From Eledone cirrhosa (Eukaryota), in contig OZ024750.1 of the NCBI GenBank assembly GCA_964016885.1, positions 7,998,001-8,062,000 of the forward strand: a stretch of DNA of 64,000 nt. Direction: 5' to 3'. Shown here piece by piece: positions 14,208 to 26,492 of the stretch. Position 1 is the first letter of the stretch. Every line of letters starts with the position of its first letter. The notes below the pieces were generated by a model. That model did not search any database, was not told the DNA's origin, and saw nothing but the letters and a program-made list of their open reading frames with translations. The translations under genes were made by a program, and so were the position numbers.

Positions 14208-14416
14208 AAGTATCACTAGAAGTTCTTCAAATGCCCCGCGTTGGAAGTATCACCAAACAATCTGTTACCCACTAGAAGTTCTTCAAATGCCCCGCGTTGG
14301 AAGTATCACCAAATAATCTATTACCCACTAGAAGTTCTTCAAATACCCCGCGTTGGAAGTATCACCAAATAATCTGTTACCCAATAGAAGTTCTTCAAAT
14401 GCCCCGCGTTGGAAGT
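14208..14416. repeat. 56-bp tandem repeat, ~3.7 copies
   Basis: Unit cactagaagttcttcaaatgccccgcgttggaagtatcaccaaataatctgttacc starts at 14214, 14270, 14326 and 14382. Confidence 0.95.
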
Positions 14417-14523
14417 CACGTGGAAAACATACTATAGCGGATTAGTTATAATTTAGGTTGTTGCCTTGCTTCTCTTAGATTAGCTGGCTGAGGGCTTATA
14501 GATTCAATATCTATATAAGAGTT

Positions 14524-14589
<66 letters not shown>

Positions 14590-14715
14590 GTAACCACAGT
14601 AAGTTGTGGGGTCTATACTGCATGAAGAACTCGATGTAATCCATATGTTGAAAATGTTGTAGGTTAAGATAAATCCCGGAAAACAATAAAACATTAAAAG
14701 GAAAACAGAGTCATG

Positions 14716-15180
14716 ATATAAGTTAAAACAATGAAATAAAAAATCAAGTCATTAGAGATATACTTCACTGCTTTACGATTGTTTCTAGGTGATGATAATA
14801 AATTGTAGCTATACTCCGTTATTGATCTATGTAAGGTTAGTTACAAAATATCAGATAAAGCGAATATTTACTTACATGCATATCACCAGCTGTTTTCAAA
14901 AGCAATAATAATTTTATTCAGAATTAGTAGTATGTTAGTATCATGTCCTTATTTGGAGGTATTTGAAGAACTAACCAATCAAATTGGTTAGTTCTTCAAC
15001 TACCTCCTGGTGATATGCATGTAAGTAAATATTCTCTTTATCTGATATTTTGTAACTAACCTTACATAGATCAATAACGGAGTATAGTTATAATGTATTA
15101 TCATCACCTAGAAACGATCGTAAAGCAGTGAAGTATATCTCTAATGACTTGATTTTTTATTTCATTGTTTTAACTTATAT
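14716..15180. repeat. Long inverted repeat (~174-bp arms, 14716-14889 / 15007-15180) with inner hairpin 14955-15007; PLE-like fold-back
   Basis: Arms differ at about 5 positions and contain CTGGTGA...GAAACGATCGT; the element lies between (TA)n tracts. Confidence 0.9.
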
Positions 15181-15207
15181 ATATATATACTTTCTTATAT
15201 ATATATG

Positions 15208-15725
15208 TAGGGAAAAAATATGAAATCGATTATGCAACTGGAGTCTTATTTAAAAAAAAATATAAACCGGTAAAGGAACCAAATAAATATATATATTTAA
15301 AAAAAAATAAGACTCCAGTTGCATTTTCGATTTCATCTTTTTTCCTTTACTCTCACTCGTGTAAGACACCTCGGTTATTTTTCATTTTGTAAAAAAACCT
15401 CACTTTCTAGTAATATATATATATATTTTGATCATGCCTTTATTTTTAAATTTTCTCATTCCTTGTATTTTGATCATGCTTTATTTTTATTTATTATATT
15501 TTTTGTCTTTATTTGTTAATTTTTCATTCGCACCGTTTCCTTTCGCTATATGTCTCTCCACCACTCCCCTACACACCTTTTGAACTCTGTTCCCACACAC
15601 TTCTCACCTGAAGAAGGGCTTATGCCCGAAACGTCGTCCCCACCTACCCCCCACTCTCCTGAGCGTGAATTTAATAAACATTTATTGTACTGCCTCTCTG
15701 TTCTGTCCCTGTTCAATTTTTCATT
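15208..15725 (+). mobile_element. PLE-type pseudo-LTR with 5' inverted segment, HHR-like core and AATAAA
   Basis: Inverted repeat 15221-15250 / 15305-15335; CTGAAGAAGGGCttatGCCCGAAACGTC at 15608-15635; AATAAA at ~15673; (TA)n on both sides. Confidence 0.75.
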
Positions 15726-15790
15726 ATATATATATATATATATATTTTTTTTCATTATATATATATATATATATATCAATGAGATTTACA

Positions 15791-16010
15791 GTTAGAATGT
15801 CTCAGGAAAGAATCGCTGGACATATTTGACGGGTAAACCCACCCGACGGAGGACCCCGACCAAGATGGTTGGATAACATCCATGAGCTTGGCTGGACTCG
15901 CCTGGGGATCCAGCCGGATGAGTTGGAGACAGTTGTTTCTGACATGACCCCTGGAAGGAGTATACTCTTCCCCTAGGATCCTCTCAGAAATAAGTGGGAG
16001 AAGAGGAAGA
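15791..16010 (+). mobile_element. 3' end remnant of RTE-clade LINE (Rex3/Expander-like)
   Basis: Translates as VRMSQERIAGHI*...GGPRPRWLDNIHELGWTRLGIQPDELETVVSD, matching the RTE C-terminal pattern RM..ER...GRPR.RW.D....W.RLGI..EEL. Confidence 0.75.
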
Positions 16011-17095
16011 TAATGGCATTTACAAATAAATTACGAAGGGTTAGGGTATCACATCATTAAAATCTATAAAAAGAATACGACACATGAATTTAGTATAAGG
16101 AACACTGATGTTAAAATAAAATGAATGGAATATTTTTAGACTTTCTAATTTCTATCAATAAAGCTATCCTATGTTACAGCAGTATTTTAGCAAAGAACAG
16201 ATCCAAAAACAATAACATAAATATATAGAGTTGTAGAAATGTAAAGTCTATTTTTGATAACGTTTTCAAGTAGGAGGTTATATATGCATTGAAATAAATG
16301 CTAACTGTCCGGCTATTTTTACTTGCATACCACTAATGAAAAGTGTTTTAACAGTCTCAAACAATTATCTTATTACATCTAAGAATATCAAGATAATGCT
16401 TTACACACATCAAGGTTTTTAACATAAAGACTACATCAAAATCATAGGGATAATGATTTGATGATATGGCAGAGAATATTCTCTGCTTTTAACCCTGTGG
16501 TCATCTTCATCTTCGCGTTTCATCCATCGTCTTGATAAAACAATTGTTATTCAAATACTTGTCTCGATGGCCTTAACTTCATCATTCATGCTAGAATATC
16601 TTGTAATATGCGTGAGTTAGAATTGTATCAAAATGTAATGGTGTTGAGCTATTGAGGACTGTAAAAGCCGAACATAAAGGAACGTAAATAAACACGAGCT
16701 ACCATTGAACTGGGAGCCCTTCCGAATTTGATTTGAATATCTACCGTATATTTGGAATGAATCAAGGAACAATCTGGAGATTACTCTCACGTTCGTACAC
16801 TTATCAAAGTAAATGACGATATGCATTTCGTCTACAACTAAAAACCGAAACATCTGTGTTAGACACATTTAGATAAAATTGCATCTTTTCTGATGAATAA
16901 TTTCCACAAAAATAATTTATTATATATATGCATAGCATGGTATAAACACTATATAATTCTATATATGGTTATAAAAAAATGTATTAGAGTGAGAGTATCT
17001 GTGTGTTGCATAATATTTATTGTACACTGTGTGGAGCATTTATACTACTTGATTACTTATTGTAAATGTTGACTGATATACAAAGTCTAAATGAA

Positions 17096-17199
<104 letters not shown>

Positions 17200-18033
17200 A
17201 TTCTATGAAAGAAAGGTCTGATTATTTTAGGTATGTATGAATGTGGCATTACTAGTTCGCTATTACCTTCGGTGTTAAATACAGTGCAACAACCTAAGAA
17301 CGTTTCAAGAGGAAGCACAATATACATTCTTATATAGTATTGATTAATTCCCATGAGATTTAGAGTGTTATGTAATTCTCATCGTACAAAATTATTATAT
17401 TAATTTGTAAGCATTCTCTGGAAAATGGTTAATTGAACAGAGAAAATATGATGCAAATACATAACAAATATATATGTACTTCATGGGGCTACATATTTTG
17501 GCTTGAGTCAGGTAAAATAATTTAAGAGCAATACTGATTAAATTGTTTTGATTGATCTGTTTTATGCGATGTTTGATTTGTAATGATTTGTAATTTAATC
17601 AAGTGTTTCTATGTAAAAAGATATTTCATCACTCTTCTGCAAGAAGTGTGTATTTCGATAAAATCTGATACAGGTCAAAGTAACATTCGATTAAGGAGGG
17701 CAAATATCTATTATTTTAACTGAACGTTATTAATCCATGTGAAATGAAATTGATGATGGTGTGCTTTCTCTTGTTGAAATCAATCGGATGTGGTTCAAAG
17801 TTTTACCGACGATTATCGATTTAATAAATTATTAAATACAGGAGAAGCAGACATTTTTTAATCTATATTAATATAATGACAATTAGAAATATGATAAGTT
17901 AGCAGAAATATTAGTAATAAATTGAATATTCTATAGTAATTTGTTTCCCCCTTCTTACTCAGTGGCTGATGACATTGGTACCATATGATCTGGCAGCAGT
18001 AGAATATGTTCATGTAATATATAACATATAGTA

Positions 18034-18200
18034 AACGCGCATGGCTTAGTGGTTAGAGCATTGGGCTTGCAATCGTAAGGTTGTGAGTTTGATTCTAGGA
18101 CCGGATGATGCATTGTTTCCTTGAGCAAGACACTTTTTGCTCCAGTTTACTCAGCTGTAGAAACGAGTTGCGACGCTGCAAGTGCCAAGCTATATTGGCC
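18034..18200 (+). mobile_element. tRNA-derived CORE-type SINE (family B, octopus OR-like)
   Basis: A-box tggcttagtgg, degenerate B-box gtttgattc, CORE-like ccttgagcaagacactt; homologous to 29338-29677. Confidence 0.85.
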
Positions 18201-18401
18201 ATTTCTGAGCCGTGTAATACAAATGAATATATAATAGGGATAAACACTGTTATTTTAATTAGTATTTTTCAATCTAACACATGTATACTTGTATCAGTGT
18301 TTATCCCTATCATATATTCATTTGTATATATATATACATATACATTTATATATAATGTACATATATACATGTATATACATATATGTATGTATGTGTATGT
18401 A

Positions 18402-18449
<48 letters not shown>

Positions 18450-18469
18450 ATGTACATACACATACATAT

Positions 18470-18541
<72 letters not shown>

Positions 18542-18544
<3 letters not shown>

Positions 18545-18801
18545 AGGTCAAATAGCAGCCCTACTACCATCTACAAACTGACCAATGAGAATCAAGACCA
18601 TTCCTGCTGACAACATTAAATTATCCCTAACAAGCTCATATGTCCCAAGGCTCTGATACCATCAACGCTATAAACACAGAGTTGGCATATCTAAGAACTG
18701 ACTAAGTGCCTGATGAGGTCATAGCCATTCAATGGCTATCATCGAAATATATATAGCAGTAAATAAAGGATTATGAGTTCATGCAATTGACTTATGTTTT
18801 G

Positions 18802-18806
<5 letters not shown>
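18542..18806 (+). mobile_element. PLE-type pseudo-LTR with HHR at 18705-18760, embedded in (TA)n
   Basis: agtgc-CTGATGA-ggtcatagccatt-c-aatggctatcatc-GAAA-tatatata-gcagt; inverted near-identical copy at 20048-20196. Confidence 0.85.
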
Positions 18807-18880
<74 letters not shown>

Positions 18881-18982
18881 ATATACATGTATATATATAT
18901 ATATATGTGTGTATATACATGTATATACATATATATATACATATATATATATATATATGTGTGTGTATATACATGTATATAC

Positions 18983-19054
<72 letters not shown>

Positions 19055-19582
19055 GTGTGTGTTTATACAGACAATCGAAATAATTCATTCTCGTGTCACG
19101 ACGAAAGAAATAATGATTACTTAGGTTTTGGTTTTATTAAAGAACATATTAGGTCTTATATCTAAACCAGCTACTAATATTTTCTTCGTTATTTTGTTAA
19201 CATGTTTTAACACAATGGTCCATATGCGTGACGGAAGCTCAGCGTTCCAGTCTCACCATGTTATCGGTTTGGATAGGAAATTAAGAAAGATATCTGTCTT
19301 TCTCTGTTCGTATAATTACTTTTAAAAAAGCTGGTGAATTATCAAAAATGTATGGGATTGATGATATAAAATACTAGAGACATGTTCAGCCTGTACCGCC
19401 CACACCTTCTTTCATGAAAACATAAAAGAGAAAGAGAATGGCAGCAGAGACAGAGTGGTGTAAAAGAAGATATGGAGGGCATAGAGAGAGTAGTAGAATG
19501 AATCTAGAGAGAGAGACAGAGAGGAATGGAATAATTTGAGACAGAGATAATGAAAGCTAGTCATATTACACACACACACACA

Positions 19583-19620
<38 letters not shown>

Positions 19621-19623
<3 letters not shown>

Positions 19624-19809
19624 TTGTTTCTATTTTAGGCACAAGGCCAGCAATTACCAGTACATTACTGGTACTTTATTTTATCGACCCCGTAAGGGTG
19701 AAAGGCAAAGTTAAGCTCGGCGGGATTTGAACTCAGATCATAAAGGGACGTAACTCTATGCTTCAAAGCATGGCGTCCGACTCTCTACTGATACTGCCAA
19801 TCCACCGCC
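19621..19809 (-). mobile_element. SINE family A, full length
   Basis: Reverse complement of the 25775/60504 copies, with tRNA-like head and gttcaaatcc B-box. Confidence 0.9.
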
Positions 19810-19916
19810 AGTGGATATATATATATATAGAAATAATAATAAATTTGAAGACTAAAATCCAAAGAGGGATCGATAAGGATAGATATATATCAAATATATA
19901 AGAACCGTAGAGCAAA

Positions 19917-20032
19917 TATTTATTAAAATAACAGGTTAAAGTTTAAGCAAAGAATCGCTGCTTTCACCCTTAACGTTAAGGGTGAAAGCAGCGATTCTTT
20001 GCTTAAACTTTAATCTGTTATTTTAATAAATA
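19917..20032. repeat. Loopless ~116-bp palindrome centred at 19974/19975
   Basis: ...gcaaagaatcgctgctttcacccttaac|gttaagggtgaaagcagcgattctttgc...; one mismatch. Arm sequence recurs at ~55397-55425. Confidence 0.95.
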
Positions 20033-20047
20033 AATATATATATATAT

Positions 20048-20196
20048 AGTGACGAAACATAAGTCAATTGCATGAACTCATGATCCTTTATTTACTGCTA
20101 TATATATTTCGATGATAGCCATTGAATGGCTATGACCTCATCAGGCAGTTAGTCAGTTCTTAGATATGCCAGCTCTGTGTTTATGGTGTTTATGGT
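20048..20196 (-). mobile_element. Inverted copy of pseudo-LTR segment 18657-18806
   Basis: Near-exact reverse complement, flanked by (TA)n. Confidence 0.9.
20094..20149 (-). ncRNA. Complete minimal type I hammerhead ribozyme
   Basis: ACUGC-CUGAUGA-GGUCAUAGCCAUUCAAUGGCUAUCAUC-GAAA-UAUAU-AUA-GCAGU: helix I 5 bp, long helix II, both core boxes intact, AUA triplet, short AU-palindromic helix III. Confidence 0.75.
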
Positions 20197-20220
20197 GTTG
20201 ATGGTATATATGTACATATA

Positions 20221-20278
<58 letters not shown>

Positions 20279-20378
20279 TATAAACAGACACACATACACA
20301 CACACATTTACATATATATAAATATATACATATATACATACATATATATGTATAAATACACACATATATATATATATT

Positions 20379-20480
20379 TATAGGCTGTCCCAAAAAACAT
20401 ATACATACTTCAGTAGCATTCTAATAATTATTGCTTGTACAGGTAATCAAGCATGTATACATTTTTTGGGACACCCTGTA
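20379..20480. mobile_element. ~100-bp Tc1/mariner-type MITE
   Basis: TIRs taggctgtcccaaaaaacatataca / tgtatacattttttgggacaccctg with TA flanks. Confidence 0.8.
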
Positions 20481-20996
20481 TATATATAAGGGAGGGAGGG
20501 TGTTGGTGTAGGTCAGATGAGATTAAAGTCAAAAATAAACTCCTTAATAAGTGAATAGATTTTATAATAAAATATACTGGAGCCGTGCGATGATGAATAA
20601 AGCATGTTGTAATTTGGCCTTATCGATTCGTGTTTATTTTCAGCAATATCAATAGAGTTTATTTTGTAAAGATTTCAAGTAGTCTACAATTAAATATTTC
20701 TCCAACATTGTTATTATTATTTTTGTTCGTTGAACGATGTGAAATATTTTGAGATTTTCCTCTTGAAAAAAAATCAAAAAGGAATAAAAAGAACTTAACA
20801 AACCAACCAGATATTTGCTTTTATGACGAGAAGAGCTAATCCATTTGGATGAGGTAATGATACAGCAAAGCAACAATTCTTAAATGAGACCAACGAATTT
20901 ATAATGGAATGTATTGTAAGTCGTAATATTGTTAGTGAGCATTTGTGTGAAATCGAAAATATCCGGTGTTGTTTGCCATTGTGTATATATGCCTGT

Positions 20997-21150
20997 AGTT
21001 GGCGAATTGTCAGTGGTTAGAACGTCGGATAGAATGCTTTATGGTATTCGTGCCGCCTCTCTGCTCTCTGAGTTCAAATCCTTCTGAAGTCAACTGTGCC
21101 TTTCATCCTTTTGAGGTCGATAAAAAAAGTACCAGTCTAGTACTGGGTTC
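20997..21150 (+). mobile_element. SINE family A, diverged copy
   Basis: ctgagttcaaatcc...gcctttcatccttttgaggtcgataaaa...gtaccag. Confidence 0.75.
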
Positions 21151-21519
21151 AATGTTTCCTCTGTATCTCTTTTTCATTTTCTCTCTTTGACTTTCCATCT
21201 TCCTCTGGAATAAATTTGCTGTACTCAGGCCTGCAGAGGGATGGGCGGATCCACCAGGTTTAAAATGCCCGAGAAACGCGGTAGAGCCATACGGCGCCCC
21301 TTCTATTCTATTAGGAGTTATGTGACCATAGATACATAGTTATAAGCATGTATATATGCATATATATATGTATGTATGTATGTCTACTTGTGTGTATATA
21401 TGCAGAATATCGAATACATAGGGTGTCAGACGTCAGGCTGAAGAAGCTCCGGTTCCCCCTCGCCGCTTCCACCACATTGTGTGTTTAGCTGAGATATTCT
21501 ACTTTCTCAGGCAAAACCC

Positions 21520-21685
21520 TTGTACCAGTTCATTACTGGTACTTTATTTTATCGACCCAGTAAGGATCAGAGACAAAGCTAACCTAGGAGGGATTAGAAC
21601 TTAGAACGTACAGGGAGAACGTACAGGGCCGTAATGTTATCCCACAAAGCATGTTGTTCAATGCTCCACCAATTCTGCCAATACT
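21520..21685 (-). mobile_element. SINE family A, diverged copy
   Basis: ctggtactttattttatcgaccc...tgccaat. Confidence 0.75.
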
Positions 21686-21992
21686 ATCAGTAATATATAT
21701 CCACATCTCCCTCGTCATAGACACGAACATTAAACTTCTATCAACAGACAGGATATTCCTCCGCCATATCTGTAGCAGTAACATGGCTGTCTGTATAATT
21801 CCGTAATGGAGCCGCCAAGCTTTAAACCATTTCAATTCCCAATATATTCTTGTGGAAGCACGAACGTTGCGATATGCTATTTATTCACATTCACAATTGT
21901 AGAATATTGAGTCTAATTAAAAGCTTCTTATTTATCTTCAGAATACGATAATAGCTATGACATCATGTTTATCTCCTGCCTCTGCCTCTCCC

Positions 21993-22026
<34 letters not shown>

Positions 22027-22095
22027 CCTCTCTCTCTCTCCCGCTTACATATAGACACACGCACGCATTCACACACACACCCTCTTTCTCCCTCA

Positions 22096-22151
<56 letters not shown>

Positions 22152-22254
22152 ATATGGTTATATATATATATATGTGTGTGTATGGTTACATATATATATA
22201 TGCGTGTGTTTGTATATGGTTTTATATGTATATATATATATGTGTGTGTGTGGT

Positions 22255-22290
<36 letters not shown>

Positions 22291-23504
22291 CTTGTGGTTA
22301 TATATGTATATGTTTGTGTGTATATGAGTGGCTATGTATATTTTTGTATATTCTAATGTTTGTGCGTGGATAGATTAGTTTAATTAATGAGTTTGTAGAA
22401 TCATCAAGATGTGTCAAATACTATTATGTTGATTAACTTCTATTACTAATTAGGTAATTGCTAATCTAACATCTTTCTGATGTACATATTGTCTTCACTG
22501 AAACTAAATAACGCAATAAAATCCTTGGCATTTCTTCACATCTGACCGATTTCACTTAGATCAAATCTATCGTGTTAATAAACGAAATCTACGTGTTGTA
22601 ACGAAACTCCACACTGACTAAATTCAGATCGATAAATCGATTGGATCAATCACATGGTGTATAATTACAGTTTTACCTCCGTAACTGTGCAGAGTACTCA
22701 TAGGACACGTTGAATTTGGATGAGATGTATCAATCTTTTTCATCATATGATTGAAACTACCTTTAAATAACCTGGATTATTAATCTATTCAGCTCGAAAT
22801 ATTGCATTAATATGGGTCACAAGAATCTGCATTTCTATAATAGAAAAATAATCCTCTTGTTAGAAGAGATGTTTCTAGATCGTATGAGGTCATAGGCACA
22901 AATCTACTGATGTATAGTATATTAGGTTGTATAGAGAAACGAGAGTTTGTGAGAGGAATACGTTTCTGAAAAGTATTTTCTACCTGAATGTAAGGAAACA
23001 GCTAATACTTTAGTCATGAATAACATAGATATGAAAACTTGTTGAAGATGTCTCACCAGGCTAAGATTTGTTTCAGTTTAAAAAGAGTTAAATCACATAA
23101 TGAAATGTTCGTAGTTTCAGAAGAACACTATTCACGTATCAGATTAACAATGCATCACAAATTTAGTTAATCCTGAGTTGATTTTTATCAAAGCTACAGT
23201 TTCTTCCAATTCTATATAATCATACAAAACAAATTCTCAAAATTCTCGGCACTTGTTAGATAACACTCAATACGAGTTTAATACACGTCTCTGATATTAA
23301 CTTATATACAATGCTTCTTGGGAAAGAGCTTATGTCAAATGTTTGATCCTCGTTAAACTTGTTTTCATCACCAAGTATATTCGGCAGTGACAGATCATTA
23401 AATGCAGTTTATACTGTTGATACCGGCAAGTTTAGGTGCTACTTCAGCCAGAGTTGAAGAAGATTAAAGGGAGGATAGTGGCTATTAGGGCATTCAAGGA
23501 TATA

Positions 23505-23796
23505 TACGAGGGGCTGCTGAAAAGTTCATGGCTTTTAGGGTATCGCAAAAGGGAAGAAATGTTACCTTTACAGGGGAGAAAGGACCGCTGCAATAAGTGT
23601 GTATCTAAGGGGAATATGTTGAATGAAATCAAAATTAACTGATCTTCCTGTATATTCTTTTAATTGACCCTCCTGTATTTTATTTTAATTCATCCTCCTG
23701 CATCTTTCAACTGATTCTCCCGTATATTCTTTTAGCTGATTCTCCTAAATTTTCTTTTACACAAAACCAACCAGGAACTTTTCAGCACCCCTCGTA
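23505..23796 (+). mobile_element. Non-autonomous mariner deletion derivative
   Basis: TIRs TACGAGGGGcTGCTGAAAAGTTCaTGG / CCAGGAACTTTTCAGCACCCCTCGTA; internal DRCNKCVSKG resembles the mariner transposase C-terminus (RW.KCV...G.Y); internal ~28-bp tandem copies. Confidence 0.85.
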
Positions 23797-24289
23797 CGAC
23801 ACACCATTATATATGATTAATGTGAAAAGACCAAATAAGCCTTCATTTCAAATTATGAAATTATCATTACATGAGTTAGTTCCTTGATAATCTTCTTATT
23901 CTGAATTAGCATTTCATTGGAATTTACAGATTTCTTTATGAGGTAAATCTGACATTAACACAACATCAATATATAGAGATTCTACGCAGAATGTAATGAT
24001 TTCAGTTCTTTCATATAGGAATGAGATCTGAATAGTAATTAGGATGAGAGAATAGAGAATACACATCGCTTTAGGATTGCAGATATTGGTGTAAAATCAT
24101 AATGAATGGATATTTAATAAACATGATGTACTTATGAGATGATTTATCTTGATTAAGGCATACTTGAGCAACAACAGTAGTAGTAGTAGTAGAAGTAGAA
24201 GCAGCAGCAGCAGTGGTGGTGGTGTAGAATTGTGTTTGTAAACTACACCAGTTTTTCATTGCTGTGTAATGTGGTTTGGTACACATTTT

Positions 24290-24423
24290 CATCTGAGTTT
24301 ACTGGAGCAACGTGAAATAAAGTGTCTTGTTCAAGAACACAGCACACAAACCAGTCCAGGAATCGAACCCACGACATTATGAAAGTACGTCCAACACACA
24401 TACCACTAAACTATGATGTACTT
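24290..24423 (-). mobile_element. CORE-type SINE family B, 5' part
   Basis: ctggagcaacgtgaaataaagtgtcttgttcaag...ggaatcgaacc. Confidence 0.8.
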
Positions 24424-24879
24424 AGTGTTTTAATTATTACTGAGACTGGTTTCATTTTCATGTCTCACATCCAATAATTTGGCCAGTAATGATGGAGATG
24501 TTTACATCAAACTATAGACAGATTTGTTCCAGTTTTAGAATCATTATGACTTAGTGTTGTCCTTGATCTTGTCAATCTTGACGGGTATATACCAGGTCAT
24601 TGTCAAGTATCATATTTTGTTTATGTTTATATTATTTCTTTTCTATTTTTACCTCTACATGATGGCATGTTTCCCAATCTATGTAGCTGCCAACTCGATC
24701 GTGTCTGTGAATATAGTCAGACTTGGCAAGACTTAGACAGCCGGAAATGATGTGGTTAATTGCCTGACTGTGCTAGTTGCATAATCTGCACTTGATGTTA
24801 GCATCATTTGTTTTATTATTATTATTATTACAGCTACATTTATCTTGCTTTATGTTCATACGAGTTATCACCCGTATGA

Positions 24880-24926
<47 letters not shown>

Positions 24927-24949
24927 TATATTGAATTATTTGTGGTATT

Positions 24950-25700
24950 GGCATTGTTTTATGGAGCTAAATTTAAATCTTCTGTTTCGTCTTTTAGACT
25001 AGAGCATTTTCTTCTGTATATTTCGGGATTCCGAATTGATTTTGTCTTTTTAAAGCCTCTGTGTTGTTTTATCCTTATCTACATTTATTTATTTAGTGTA
25101 GTTGGTTTACTTATATAGAAAGGATATTTTTTGTATGTTTGTTTGTTTCCATCGTTTCCTGATTTTACTAATCAACTTCCTTTTGTTTGTTTCTAAGTAT
25201 TTTCTGATCTGACAGTTGTTTGTTCCTTTGTAGTAATTTTTTTCTCTTTGAAACACATATAACATCGATATGTAATAGGAATGTAGCAAGTTTTGGCATT
25301 GTTTATTGTTCTAATATTTGGTTTTTATACTTTGTTATATGTTCGACAATAGAAGTAAAATATGGGCGTTTTTGCTCGGAAGGAAACTTTTGTGAGAACA
25401 CCGCTTTTTGAACTCTGTATTACATTACTTTCGTATCTTGATTGCAATAGCGTTATGCTACGAAACCCTTCTGGATATTGTTGTTGATTGTGTTTCTCTT
25501 CTTTTTCTTTTTGCTGATTGATTTCATTTATCCATGGATATAGTTGATACGTTGATTGTAGTTTGAGTTCACTTTGATTTGTTAGTATTGAACATTTATT
25601 CAGGTCAATTTGGTTTATATTGAAAATGTCTTTTCTTTTGGATCTCGTTGTTCATTTGTTCTTAATTTTGTGTGCAAATATTTAAAAATATTTTGTAGGG
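24950..25700 (-). pseudogene. Possible highly decayed LINE (RT region) remnant
   Basis: Strong strand asymmetry (A-rich minus strand) and a NIQKGFV motif resembling the RT QxGF box; many stops. Confidence 0.25.
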
Positions 25701-25774
25701 GCAACAATTACCTGTAATGCGTATAATAATTGTATTATTCTGTTGCACTTGCTGGCATTATTTTGATTTGATTT

Positions 25775-25994
25775 AGGGTGGTGGATTGGCAGTATCGGTA
25801 GACGGTCGGACGCCATGCTTTGCAGCATAGAGTTACGGCCCTTTATCGTCTCAGTTCAAAACCCGCCGAGGTTAACTTTGCCTTTTATCCTTACGGAGTC
25901 GATAAAATAAAGTACCAATCACTCACTGGGGCCGATTTAATCGAATTTCCCCTCCCCCAAAATGGATGGTCTTGTGCCTATATAAGAAACCATT
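25775..25994 (+). mobile_element. SINE family A, full length (longer 3' variant)
   Basis: tRNA-like head ggtggattggcagtatcggtag...gttcaaaacc, central tccttacggagtcgataaaataaagtacca, tail cttgtgcct...agaaac. Confidence 0.9.
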
Positions 25995-26299
25995 AATTTG
26001 ATTTGATTTGTTTGCAATGAAAGTTCATTTCGAAAACGGTAACCTCATTTACGCACTTCTATATTAATGCAACAAAATATTCCATGTGGTATAATCACTT
26101 GTAATGCACTAAAGAATTATCATTTGAAATTAATTGGATCCTTATAACAATACGTTTTTCTTGTTTTGTTAATTTCGATTTCGGGTTTGGTGATATTTTC
26201 GGTTGTATTAGCATTGTCATTGCGTAAATCATAGCAGGTTTGAATATGGAATCATATGCGATACTACATAGTAGTATATAATATAATTATTAAAATTTC

Positions 26300-26492
26300 A
26301 TGGATTGGCAGAATGATTACAGCGTCAGAAACATGATTTGGTGTATTTTCTCCGAGCTCTTTACGGCCTGATTTCAAATCCATCCGTGGCCAACTTTGCC
26401 TTTCATCCTTATGTGTTCTATAGAATAAAATACCAGTTATATTATAAATAGCTGATTAACCCCCTTGCTAACCTTGTACTTAAATTAGAAAA
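26300..26492 (+). mobile_element. SINE family A, diverged copy
   Basis: tggattggcagaatg...tttcaaatcc...caactttgcctttcatcctt. Confidence 0.7.

Noticed and set aside
14208-14416. CRISPR-like repeat array
   Set aside because: Whole units are repeated with no unique spacers, there are no cas genes, and the context is eukaryotic.
14716-15180. Palindromes as long-read chimera artefacts
   Set aside because: Arms carry substitutions and asymmetric inserts, are short, end at TA tracts and recur as families. Read-level confirmation is still advisable.
18034-18110. tRNA gene
   Set aside because: The A/B boxes run straight into a CORE-SINE body found at several loci, and the cloverleaf is decayed.
18105-20393. 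Many [16 protein letters not shown] ORFs here and across the window
   Set aside because: These are stop-free readings of dinucleotide microsatellites.
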